A program made the position numbers and the translations under genes. From positions 1-36,571 of IMG/VR virus record IMGVR_UViG_3300046786_000671: 36,571 nt of DNA; one strand, 5' to 3'. A model generated the notes under the pieces. That model was not told where the DNA came from. It made no database searches and was given only the letters and a program-made list of their open reading frames with translations. Shown in pieces: positions 26,362 to 34,821 of this stretch (position 1 is its first letter; every line of letters begins with the position of its first letter). The stretch comes from a virus (Duplodnaviria > Caudoviricetes).

Positions 26362-27798
26362 CTAAGCGGTGCGCTTCCACATACGAACTACAATGTATGG
26401 TTGCAGGTTGTTGTGCGCTCCACCGCCACCGGCGCTACCGGTGTTGAGTGTTGTTGCCCCACCGCCAGTTCCCCAAGCCATAACATCATAAGGAGCGTTC
26501 ACGTTACCAGCTTTATGTAAACCAACACTATGCGTATGAGCAGGGATTTCAGGAGTTGTTAGAGTGTGCGTTTTTGCACCACCAGTTTCTTCGTCAGTAT
26601 CAAATTCAGTTTGACCTGAGTCAAAACCTACCGGTACGCGTCCAGCACCGAAAGCTGTCCAAGTTCCAAAACCAAGTGAAGTATTAGGGTTTGTGCTATT
26701 TATAGAGGTATAAATTGAACCGACAGGGTACATAGCAGCACCAATAGCTAGTTTTAGATTAGCAATAGTAAGTTCTTTGAGTGCGTTTGAAGCAGCACTA
26801 TCTATCAAAGGTATGCTATCAGCATCAACAGGTGTAGTCTTACCACTAACACCAACGATACTTGAAGCTATATTAACCGCATCTGTCACATCAGCAAGAG
26901 CTTCAATGCCATCTAGTTTAGTTTCATCAGCCGTTAAAAATGACGCGGTTGTATTAGCTAAAACGGTAGAATTTCCAGCAGCAGCTAAAGCAGTAAGATC
27001 TGCATCAAGTGGTTGCTTGCCAGCAATATCGGACTCCATAGTATCAAGATCAACAGCTTGAGTGACCGTTATATGACCAAGCTTAGTTTTTTCAGCAGCA
27101 GTGGCAAATTTATTAGTAGCACCTACGGTTATATCATCTGTATCATCAACAGATTTCATAAATGCACCGGCGGCGGCAACATTTGTTGCGTCCGTCACAT
27201 CAGCAGCCGTTTCTATACCTGATAATTTAGTTTTTTCGGTAGCTGAATATTGCTTATAAGTAGTACCGTCAAGAACATCGTCTTGATTCAGAACTACATC
27301 ACCAGTATCGCCATTTACAGAGGTAACGGCTCCAGATGTACTAATTTCTGGATTAGCTGGATCAGTGTCATCAACTGAAATACCAGAACCAGCAACAATA
27401 GACTGAATTACACCTGGATCGCCTTGATCCCCTTGTGGTCCTGTGGCTCCAGTCGCACCAGTCGCGCCGGTTGCACCTGTGGCTCCAGTCGCACCTTGAA
27501 TACCCTGTATTCCTTGAATACCTTGTGGACCGGTATCACCAGTTTCACCTTGCTCACCCTGTATTCCCTGAATACCCTGCTCACCCTGAATACCCTGCTC
27601 ACCTTGCTCACCTTGAGGTCCGGTTGCACCAGTTTCGCCGGTATCACCTTTATCACCCTTTGCACCACTAACTATATTTCCAGTAACCGGCGTACCTTGA
27701 GCAACGTTAGTTTGAACAGTTGCGCCATTAGTAAGATTAGGTGCAGAACTAGAACCCTCTATTACGTTTGCAGTAATAGTTACATTATTGTCCATCAA
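26362..27798 (-). CDS. Collagen-repeat tail fibre with Gp10-like C-terminal domain
   Basis: 28 Gly-X-Y triplets, VTSVNG.TG.V, KTKL.GI repeats, YPVGSIY.S....NP....GTW...HNNLQPY..V.MWKRTA. Confidence 0.85.
   Translation of the reverse strand: MMDNNVTITANVIEGSSSAPNLTNGATVQTNVAQGTPVTGNIVSGAKGDKGDTGETGATGPQGEQGEQGIQGEQGIQGIQGEQGETGDTGPQGIQGIQGIQGATGATGATGATGATGATGPQGDQGDPGVIQSIVAGSGISVDDTDPANPEISTSGAVTSVNGDTGDVVLNQDDVLDGTTYKQYSATEKTKLSGIETAADVTDATNVAAAGAFMKSVDDTDDITVGATNKFATAAEKTKLGHITVTQAVDLDTMESDIAGKQPLDADLTALAAAGNSTVLANTTASFLTADETKLDGIEALADVTDAVNIASSIVGVSGKTTPVDADSIPLIDSAASNALKELTIANLKLAIGAAMYPVGSIYTSINSTNPNTSLGFGTWTAFGAGRVPVGFDSGQTEFDTDEETGGAKTHTLTTPEIPAHTHSVGLHKAGNVNAPYDVMAWGTGGGATTLNTGSAGGGGAHNNLQPYIVVRMWKRTA
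27412..27666 (-). repeat. 9-bp-period collagen (Gly-X-Y)28 coding repeat
   Basis: GAK GDK ... GEQ/GIQ/GAT runs ... GDP. Confidence 0.95.
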
Positions 27799-28139
27799 AC
27801 ACCTCTGTTCGTTGGGCTTCCGTCCAGTTTTATAGTACCTTCGTCAATCTTGTAGATTTCGCCAGATGCTTCTTCAACTTTAATATCGTAATAATATTTG
27901 CCTGGATCAAGAGTATCAGTATCAGCCGGTTCAATTTCAATGGTCGCTTCACCAGATGAGTTACCATCAGTAACGTTTTTAATAACAACAGCACTTGTGT
28001 CTGTCATATCGTCATCCCACTCAACAGTTTTCACTGTAAAACGAACAGTCGCGCCAACAAGCGTTTCTGCTTCACCGTTTTTTTTATAAACTATGCCAAT
28101 TGTGTATGTTGTGCCGCGATTTATTCTTAGTTGTGCCAT
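27795..28139 (-). CDS. BppU N-terminal-like Ig-fold fibre adaptor
   Basis: RG.T......L.GATVRFT.K...G.A.I.I.P.DT.....G.YYYDI; start MAQLR at 28139 with a leaderless TG-G-TATTAT. Confidence 0.7.
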   Translation of the reverse strand: MAQLRINRGTTYTIGIVYKKNGEAETLVGATVRFTVKTVEWDDDMTDTSAVVIKNVTDGNSSGEATIEIEPADTDTLDPGKYYYDIKVEEASGEIYKIDEGTIKLDGSPTNRGV

Positions 28140-28176
28140 AAGTAAATAATACCATAAGAACAAAAGAAAACCCCAC

Positions 28177-28488
28177 CTATAAGTAATCAATTGCGGCTTG
28201 TAGTATTTTTTTATCGTCTTTAGCAAAACCAAGTATTAAATTACACGATTTACATAACCAACCACGATGACTTTTTTTGCTATGAGAGTGGTCAAAAAAT
28301 AGTTTCTTTTCTTCACCACATATTTCACAGTTTAATGGTTTTGGTCTAGAGGGTGCATTTTTACTGCCGTATTTATGAGAATAATAACAATTTCTTTTTG
28401 TGCCGTTAATATGAATTTTGACTGGTCCACAAACTACACAATCTGCTTTTCTAAGTTCTAAATCAACATTTGACAGATTATGACGCAT
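28177..28488 (-). CDS. Endonuclease VII-family homing nuclease
   Basis: CEICG....L..DHSH....RGWLC..CN..LG.AKD...L..A..YL; start MRHNL at 28488, 6 nt after TATTCT. Confidence 0.85.
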   Translation of the reverse strand: MRHNLSNVDLELRKADCVVCGPVKIHINGTKRNCYYSHKYGSKNAPSRPKPLNCEICGEEKKLFFDHSHSKKSHRGWLCKSCNLILGFAKDDKKILQAAIDYL

Positions 28489-28501
28489 ACTTACAGAATA
28501 T

Positions 28502-28571
28502 AAGAAAACCCCTCTCATTACAAGAGGGGTTTCAGCACAGAAGACGATGGATTTGCTTTTATTGCATTTCC
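28502..28571 (-). ncRNA. Candidate antisense sRNA E (~70 nt)
   Basis: TG-T-TAAAAT 28586-28578; 5' hairpin, single-stranded linker UCGUCUUCUGU, terminator AAACCCCTCT/AGAGGGGTTT. Confidence 0.6.
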
Positions 28572-28607
28572 ACCATCATTTTAACACAAAGTGCTACTCA
28601 GAAACTA

Positions 28608-29132
28608 CTACTGAGAAGCCCAGAGTCCAGCCATACCTGTACCATACCAAGTAGTACCATCTAAACAAGTTAGACGGATGAAATCACCGGCAACATTTGT
28701 TGCTGCGGTATTCTTAATACCTGTTCCAGCAGCAGGAGCTAGAGCTGTACCATCTTGTGCAGCATGGATCTTAGTAACAATAGCATCGCCAGTTGCAGGA
28801 GTAATCAAGATTTCACTTGATGCGTTACCACAAACAAATGTGTACTCAAGACCAGCTTGTGCAGCAGGAAGTGAGAAAGTAACAGTTGTTGAAGAACGAG
28901 TTTGTACAAATACCTTACCAGATTCGTCAGCCGTTACAGCTTCAGTTTCTTCAGTAATCGCAGCAACAGGACGCATCGCGTTCAAGCCACCAGTATCTTG
29001 ATCTACTTTAAGCACAGTACCAACTAGGGTTTGTGCGCCAGCGCTATCCACGCTATATTGTTTAATTTCAAAATCAGCAGCATCGTTAGATGGTAGTTCA
29101 TCAAGCGAAGTTGCTTTTAACTCGTAAGCCAT
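28608..29132 (-). CDS. Beta-rich virion accessory/decoration protein (putative)
   Basis: T.SLPAA..GL.YTF, GD.I.L.C.DGT.WY pattern; MCP-like codon bias. Confidence 0.5.
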   Translation of the reverse strand: MAYELKATSLDELPSNDAADFEIKQYSVDSAGAQTLVGTVLKVDQDTGGLNAMRPVAAITEETEAVTADESGKVFVQTRSSTTVTFSLPAAQAGLEYTFVCGNASSEILITPATGDAIVTKIHAAQDGTALAPAAGTGIKNTAATNVAGDFIRLTCLDGTTWYGTGMAGLWASQ

Positions 29133-29171
29133 AATTTTAGATCTTTCTTGTTAATTGCTAAATATGCACTT

Positions 29172-29678
29172 CTATTTTACCTTTTTTTTCTCCCAATTTG
29201 CAATCCAGTTATTGACCTCTCGGCTATTCCACTCCTCATTAGGGTTATCAGGGAAACAAAGGAAAACGAATTTGTGATATGGGCGCTTTTTTGTCTTTGG
29301 AACACTAATTACTTGCTCCTCAATTTGACCGGTATCAATCAGGTATTGTAGCGCCATAATGTAATCATGCCACGCATAATTAAATTCAGTAGCGGTATTT
29401 TTTACTAGCGTGTTCAAACGACCACGCGTAATGTTTGTTTCGCGCGCGTTGTAATGCTGCAAAGTCCGAATAAGTTTGCCAGCAAGATCAGAATCAAAGC
29501 TAACTTCGTGAGTTTTCAGTGGCGTAATTTTGTCTTTTTCTTCGTCCACTTCAACATCACCATTTTTGACTGCATCCCAAATAGCAAGATTGATGTCAAG
29601 AAACGGCGCATCAATGTTTGCCACTAGTTCTGAAATTTTGTTGGTTTTTAGTATTTTGAGTAGATATAGTACGTTCAT
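29172..29678 (-). CDS. Hypothetical protein
   Basis: 168 aa ORF with leaderless promoter TG-G-TAACAT. Confidence 0.75.
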   Translation of the reverse strand: MNVLYLLKILKTNKISELVANIDAPFLDINLAIWDAVKNGDVEVDEEKDKITPLKTHEVSFDSDLAGKLIRTLQHYNARETNITRGRLNTLVKNTATEFNYAWHDYIMALQYLIDTGQIEEQVISVPKTKKRPYHKFVFLCFPDNPNEEWNSREVNNWIANWEKKKVK

Positions 29679-29687
29679 GGTTTTATG

Positions 29688-30110
29688 TTACCACACTTTC
29701 TGATTTACAACCTTATTAATTAATGATCTTGAAACACTGTATTGAATTGCAATTTCTCTATCTAGTAACCCCTCTTTATGAAGTTGCCTAATTACTCTAG
29801 CATCATCAAGAGTAAGCTTTGTACTTTTACGATTTGCAGCCTGTTCTTTAGGCGTAGCCCAACGACAATTTTCTTTTGAATAACCTTTGTTATTGTCAAT
29901 TCTTTCAAGTGTCATACCAATAGGCTGTTCCCCCATATCTTTATAAAAATTGATGAAACTATCCCAAAGTGAGTAAACCTCAATACCTCTACCGCCATAC
30001 CTAGCGTAATGCTTATGATTTTCATTTTGGCAACGCTGTTTCATGTTATGCCACACCCAATAGGTTTTTGTGCCAAACATACCATGTTTTTTACTGTATT
30101 GATTGCTCAT
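29688..30110 (-). CDS. HNH homing endonuclease with C-terminal HTH
   Basis: W..MKQRC.N....Y..YGGRGI...[18 protein letters not shown]; EIA.QY.VS.S.I. Confidence 0.9.
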   Translation of the reverse strand: MSNQYSKKHGMFGTKTYWVWHNMKQRCQNENHKHYARYGGRGIEVYSLWDSFINFYKDMGEQPIGMTLERIDNNKGYSKENCRWATPKEQAANRKSTKLTLDDARVIRQLHKEGLLDREIAIQYSVSRSLINKVVNQKVW

Positions 30111-30147
30111 GGTTTTATAGTATCACATTATCTGATATAATTCAGCT

Positions 30148-31116
30148 ATGAGCGTAAATACATTAGTCAAAGATGGACTACTAACAAATATAAACGTACC
30201 AGTTCACATAGCCAGAGTAAACACCGGCAAAGATGTAGACTACAATCCAGGCTTGGCGCGCGATCCGGACGGCAATACTTGGATCAGCATCAGATCATGT
30301 ACAACAAACCTTGAGAAATGGAAGGGTTTAGCACACCCTATGAAATACCAAAATTACCTGTATGTTGGGCTATTAAACGAAGATAATTTTGAAATAACTC
30401 AACTAAAAGAGATTTTACCTGAAGCAGATTATGACGAGTATTTTCATTGGGGACCGGAAGATATGCGATTATTCTGGCGCAAAGATGGCTTGCATGGTAT
30501 CGGTGTAGCCATACCGGTTGAAGGTGGACACTACAAAATACGCCAAGTTGAAATTCTGATAGATCACAAAGCCGGTACATACAAGCTAATTAAAGATTAT
30601 GGTAGACCGTTCGGACACGTTGAAAAAAACTGGATGCCAACAGAACATCCTAACCCTTATTTTGATTTTATATATTCAACAACTCAAATAGTAAAAGACG
30701 GTGAAGTAATCGGTGAACCAAACGACTTATTTTTGCATCAGGGTACACCCCTGATTAAGTATGAAGACGGCTATATTTCAATTGCTCATGCTGTGATAAG
30801 TGTCACAGGTCAGCGTACTTACGGACAAATTGCGCTTAAATGGAGCGCTGAAGGTGAACTGCTAGAACACAGTCAGTTTTTCCACTTCAACGTAGGCTGG
30901 CGCGAACAACTGCAAGAAACAATTGAATTTGCTTGTGGCTTACTCTGGTCAAAGGGTAAAGAAGGTGAAGAACTGCTAGTTGGTGTCGGTATCAAAGATG
31001 AACTGATCGGACTATGCCGGTTGCCGGTAAGCAAATTCAAGTGGGAGCGATACAGCGATACGATGTGGTATTCATGGCGTTGGGATGAAATGCCAAACCG
31101 CACCGAAATCCACTAG
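30148..31116 (+). CDS. Five-bladed beta-propeller glycoside hydrolase-like protein (GH130/GH43-like)
   Basis: YNPGL, GPEDMRLF, EKNWMP, GTP, IEFACGL, G.KD motifs. Confidence 0.65.
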   Translation: MSVNTLVKDGLLTNINVPVHIARVNTGKDVDYNPGLARDPDGNTWISIRSCTTNLEKWKGLAHPMKYQNYLYVGLLNEDNFEITQLKEILPEADYDEYFHWGPEDMRLFWRKDGLHGIGVAIPVEGGHYKIRQVEILIDHKAGTYKLIKDYGRPFGHVEKNWMPTEHPNPYFDFIYSTTQIVKDGEVIGEPNDLFLHQGTPLIKYEDGYISIAHAVISVTGQRTYGQIALKWSAEGELLEHSQFFHFNVGWREQLQETIEFACGLLWSKGKEGEELLVGVGIKDELIGLCRLPVSKFKWERYSDTMWYSWRWDEMPNRTEIH

Positions 31117-31847
31117 TATTTATAAAGTCCGAAGTCTACCCACTCCATCCAGCCGTTATTAATGCCGTTACTCCGGTGTTCGTGACCATAGTGCATACCG
31201 TATTTATCCTTCATGCCATATTGCGGTGGTTTATAAGCTTCACCTGGCGTAAGTGCTGGCAAATCTTTTGTGGCTAGATCATCACGTACCCAAAACGCAT
31301 TTACGCCTTCGTTTTCACAGTAAACTAAACGATAACCATGCTCTTTGAGTAGGTAGTAAAACGCCGCTAAACTAGCACCGTAGTAATCACCCCATAATTT
31401 ACCAGGATCTACAGGGTATTTCACGACTACCGGCAATACCGGTCCATAACTACCGTTATATTCAGTCACTATTGCGCGCGGATGATAGTTAGAATCAAGC
31501 AGTTGCTTCAAAACGTGGTAGTCAATTGAGTCAATATCTAAGCTTAAAAAGTCAAAGTCTTGCGGCACTTCGTAAGTCTGCATAAGCTCAATCACATTTT
31601 CGGGTGTAACCCAATGCTTCTTTACGCCGTTGCGTTTCGCTTCTTCAGTGTCAGCAATTTCGCCACCCTCAAGCTTTACTGCACTCCAACCCTGATCTTC
31701 AAGCGCCAAAACGTTACTGGTAATGCGTCCATCATACGCGCCAATATCTACTGCAACCTTCGTTTCAGTTCCAATAATCTCAAAAATTCTAGCAATTATG
31801 CCGTCTTCGCCTTGCTGTGAATAAACCTTTTTTTCGTATTGTTCCAT
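31113..31847 (-). CDS. FkbM-like SAM-dependent methyltransferase
   Basis: YSQ.GEDGII, DIGAYDG..SN, DFLSLDIDSIDY, EYN, GASL.A, GVNAF. Confidence 0.85.
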   Translation of the reverse strand: MEQYEKKVYSQQGEDGIIARIFEIIGTETKVAVDIGAYDGRITSNVLALEDQGWSAVKLEGGEIADTEEAKRNGVKKHWVTPENVIELMQTYEVPQDFDFLSLDIDSIDYHVLKQLLDSNYHPRAIVTEYNGSYGPVLPVVVKYPVDPGKLWGDYYGASLAAFYYLLKEHGYRLVYCENEGVNAFWVRDDLATKDLPALTPGEAYKPPQYGMKDKYGMHYGHEHRSNGINNGWMEWVDFGLYKY

Positions 31848-31863
31848 GAATCAAGCATACACC

Positions 31864-31896
31864 AAAAAACCCACTAACGTACTAGGCTAGTGGGCT
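31864..31896 (-). terminator. Intrinsic terminator
   Basis: CCCACTA/TAGTGGG stem plus T6 on the - strand. Confidence 0.75.
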
Positions 31897-31928
31897 AAAG
31901 CTTTGGTTGCTAACCGTTTTGCGCTTTT

Positions 31929-32258
31929 TTAGACTTCTGGATTAGGAATTTTCGGACCATCTGTTAGCGGATCAACGCCTTCATGCTTTGGTGACTTAGG
32001 GTATTTATCTGCACCCTTTTTAGCTGGCTTATTGCCATCTTCACCGGTAGTAACATCTTCAGTTTCAGCTTCTTCAAGTGAACGCTCAGTATCTTCTTCA
32101 GAATCAACGTCTTTTTCTGAAGTATCTTCACCGTTACTTGTGTCTTCAGCCGCCGTATCAGCCGCTACTTCTTCAGCACTACGAGTATCAGCTTCAACGT
32201 GCTTCTGATCCTGCACTAATTCGGCTGATTTTTCTTCGTTAGTTTTACTCTTTCCCAT
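31929..32258 (-). CDS. Acidic, probably disordered protein
   Basis: Asp/Glu-rich; own TG-A-TATAAT promoter, GAAAGG SD and terminator. Confidence 0.75.
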   Translation of the reverse strand: MGKSKTNEEKSAELVQDQKHVEADTRSAEEVAADTAAEDTSNGEDTSEKDVDSEEDTERSLEEAETEDVTTGEDGNKPAKKGADKYPKSPKHEGVDPLTDGPKIPNPEV

Positions 32259-32302
32259 AATAATTAAACCTTTCTTAAATTAACCATAATATTATATCAA
32301 AC

Positions 32303-32677
32303 TCAAGCCGCCGGTTCAGGCAGATCGCTTACTGCAAGCGTATTCAAATATGCTAGCATCGCAAGTCTTCCAGGCTTCTCCGGCTTCTGAATCTTAGCAT
32401 GAAGTTCATCGTGAATACCCCTATGAATTGGCAACACAAACGCCTTCCTAAATCGCTTCTCTAACGGCGTTGTGTAGTCACATCGTGGGAAAAACAAATG
32501 ATGCGTATCATAAAAGTCTTTCGTGCCATTACCATCAAACACGCGTTCCATACCGGATAGTGCCACCATTAATTCAAGTTGTGGCATGATAATTTCTTGC
32601 ACATCCTGCACTTCAGCCGGTCCAACAGCTCCATCAATAAGCGTCAATATCCGCGCCGTATGAACCGACTCCATCAC
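32303..32677 (-). CDS. Hypothetical protein with His cluster (degenerate HNH-like)
   Basis: DTHHLFF...H..IHDELH; overlap-coupled to the upstream gene. Confidence 0.65.
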   Translation of the reverse strand: MMESVHTARILTLIDGAVGPAEVQDVQEIIMPQLELMVALSGMERVFDGNGTKDFYDTHHLFFPRCDYTTPLEKRFRKAFVLPIHRGIHDELHAKIQKPEKPGRLAMLAYLNTLAVSDLPEPAA

Positions 32678-32895
32678 CAGCCCTTATCCGCTTGTGCTTC
32701 AAAGTCCAGTTGCAATTGATTAGGATCATCATACAACTCACGATCCAACATAGCCGCACCACCGCGATAATGGTCACTCATAAAGTCCGGTGCTTCTGTA
32801 GGCAAAAACGAAACCATCCGACCAACACCCCTAGCAATAGCCGTCAGTCGCGGAAACAAATCTATTTTAGGAAACGGATTTTTGTCTTGTTCCAT
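32674..32895 (-). CDS. Hypothetical protein
   Basis: Leaderless TG-C-TATAAT 6 nt before ATG. Confidence 0.7.
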   Translation of the reverse strand: MEQDKNPFPKIDLFPRLTAIARGVGRMVSFLPTEAPDFMSDHYRGGAAMLDRELYDDPNQLQLDFEAQADKGW

Positions 32896-33352
32896 AAGCG
32901 GATTATAGCAAGCCAGTAATACAAAGCCAAGCGCTAAAGCGCTAGTCTAGTGTATACCGAAAGCTTTACGCGTTGATTAGTGTAACGAGTCCAGCATTTG
33001 TAGTTTCCGCAGAATAAACAAGCTGTTCATTTCTACAGATATTACGAAGCATGGCTTTTGTCATATAAGTTATTGGTGTGCCGTACATACCATAAGTATA
33101 ACACCACGTAGTTATTCAAGAAATATTTTTCTTATGGTTGCAAGTAATTTTATAATATGTTCTAATATGTTTTCCTGTATTTTTTATAAAGTTGGGGGTG
33201 AGGACCTATACGCTCTAAACGGTACGCAATTGCACACCCCCCCTATCCGTATCACATCCACCACACAAGCCAGCACACGATCAACCATCACACGCCACGC
33301 ACAAACATATATACATTGACATACACATATATATATTATGTCCATACCGTCC

Positions 33353-33380
33353 ATGTCGCACAATACACATTGTGCGACCT
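33353..33380. other. dif-like 11-6-11 palindromic site
   Basis: ATGTCGCACAA-TACACA-TTGTGCGACCT. Confidence 0.45.
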
Positions 33381-33382
33381 AC

Positions 33383-33739
33383 TGTAACAGGGGTAGAGGG
33401 TACATCCTTATATACACGTATCACGTAAAACCCTATTACAACATAAAACGCTTGTTTTGTCTGTTACATTGTTACACGATCACAGGCACACACTGAGTTA
33501 TTTTTCCTATATATTTTTTTTTCAGTATAAACAAGTGATGCTGTAACATTTCTTTTATCTGTTTTTAGGCTTTTTTGATGGCTCAAACCTACCTCTGTTG
33601 TAACAATTAAATACTATATATTAAGACATTGTTACACCAACAATGCAACTTTTGACAAGTAGCTGTAACATTATATAACATACTAAACACCTCACGACCT
33701 CTGTTATTCCATGTTTTATTTACAACGCTAACAGGGGTA
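33383..33739. repeat. Iteron-like array of TGT(A/T)ACA and AACAG(A/G)GGT; candidate origin or packaging region
   Basis: TGTWACA at 33383, 33462, 33470, 33542, 33599, 33630, 33664 in AT-rich non-coding DNA. Confidence 0.65.
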
Positions 33740-33768
33740 CACTTCCACTTCTTTTAATTATTCTATGT

Positions 33769-33804
33769 AAAACTATTGACAAACTATTGTCACTAGCCTA
33801 TAAT
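33769..33804 (+). promoter_or_regulatory. Consensus early promoter P1 with overlapping operator-like palindrome
   Basis: TTGACA 33776-81, 17 nt, TATAAT 33799-804; TGACAA-ACTA-TTGTCA inverted repeat; AAACTATTG tandem repeat. Confidence 0.85.
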
Positions 33805-33810
33805 GGTGTT

Positions 33811-34011
33811 CAGTCAAGCAAGGAACGCTGACACAAACCAATGATCGTGACGTTTGCGAACAAAGCACCGATCAAACAATATTAACTAATGGTGTTCACA
33901 CATCTATATAAAAAGTTACGATTGAACCAAAGCTGTTACCATAAGCGACAAACTGGCATCAACTCACATTTATATAGACGCGTGGACATCATAGAAAAGG
34001 TGTAAAAATCT
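33811..34011 (+). promoter_or_regulatory. ~200-nt structured 5' leader of the early operon
   Basis: Hairpins 33813-33832 and 33842-33874, and a 24-bp stem 33889-33912/33969-33992 ending just before the SD. Confidence 0.65.
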
Positions 34012-34626
34012 ATGTTACTAAACGATTTAGAAAAAGAGCTGATGAAGCTTGCACAGGATGCGCGCGATCTTGGCTATACAGTCACAACGCCAGCATTATT
34101 TGCTGATAGTATATATGGCAATAAGCTTGCATATTACCAGCATGGACGCAATAAAATTGTGTTTCACGATCACTTTGTTGAAAATGGAACGCCAGAAGAA
34201 ATAGAAAATACGCTTATACATGAGTTAGCTCATGCGGTAGCTGAACAGAATAACCCAAAGCCTGAAAAGCGTGTATGGCATGGCGATTTTTGGAAAGAGA
34301 TCAACAATAAATTAGGTGGTGATGCGGAACGATACCATCAAGGCGGTTACAAAAAGCCAGAGCATAAGAAAATGTCAATGGCTGAAATGTTTGCTATACA
34401 ACCAACAAAGCCAGCTACAGAGTGGGAACGCGGAACATTTAATCAGTGGTTACGGCGTGGCTATCACGTAATCAAAGGACAAAAAGGATCATTAGCTGTT
34501 TGGGAATTTGTCGCGGATGAATACGAAACAGAGAAAGACGGCAAGACCTCAAATTATGGACGCGCAAGCGCTGTTTACTTCACACCAGACCAAGTAGAAC
34601 CTAACAAGCCAAAGGAGATTAAATAA
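34012..34626 (+). CDS. SprT-like Zn metalloprotease fused to an ArdC-N-like ssDNA-binding domain
   Basis: TLIHELAH...HGDFWK; C-terminal TFNQW...GY.V.KGQKG...F..DQV. Confidence 0.75.
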   Translation: MLLNDLEKELMKLAQDARDLGYTVTTPALFADSIYGNKLAYYQHGRNKIVFHDHFVENGTPEEIENTLIHELAHAVAEQNNPKPEKRVWHGDFWKEINNKLGGDAERYHQGGYKKPEHKKMSMAEMFAIQPTKPATEWERGTFNQWLRRGYHVIKGQKGSLAVWEFVADEYETEKDGKTSNYGRASAVYFTPDQVEPNKPKEIK

Positions 34627-34627
34627 T

Positions 34628-34819
34628 ATGGACCAAGTAAAAGAACGAGGATCTGCAAGCATAATTGTTACGCTTGAAAATGGCAAAATATACGTTGAAC
34701 ATGGTACTGATGACGCTGTACTAGCTGAGTGGACGGCACAAGCTGGCGATTGGGATAAGATTTGGCAAGTGATTAGAGCTTTAGAAGCTGGCAACGCAAT
34801 AGAAATTAAGGAGTTTTAA
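34628..34819 (+). CDS. Hypothetical protein
   Basis: AAGGAG SD, operon context. Confidence 0.7.
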   Translation: MDQVKERGSASIIVTLENGKIYVEHGTDDAVLAEWTAQAGDWDKIWQVIRALEAGNAIEIKEF

Positions 34820-34821
34820 AA

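Noticed and set aside
10543-27798. Similar C-termini of the two fibres (GGA.TH.LT...HNN.QP) as a diversity-generating retroelement or invertible cassette
   Set aside because: This is a common fibre tip motif; no reverse transcriptase, invertase or near-identical template repeat was seen.
27408-27855. Alternative-frame ORFs over the collagen repeat
   Set aside because: By-products of the 9-bp periodic, stop-poor repeat.
33134-33319. 61-aa ORF in the control region
   Set aside because: No SD or correctly spaced -10, and it spans a low-complexity compositional switch; probably spurious.
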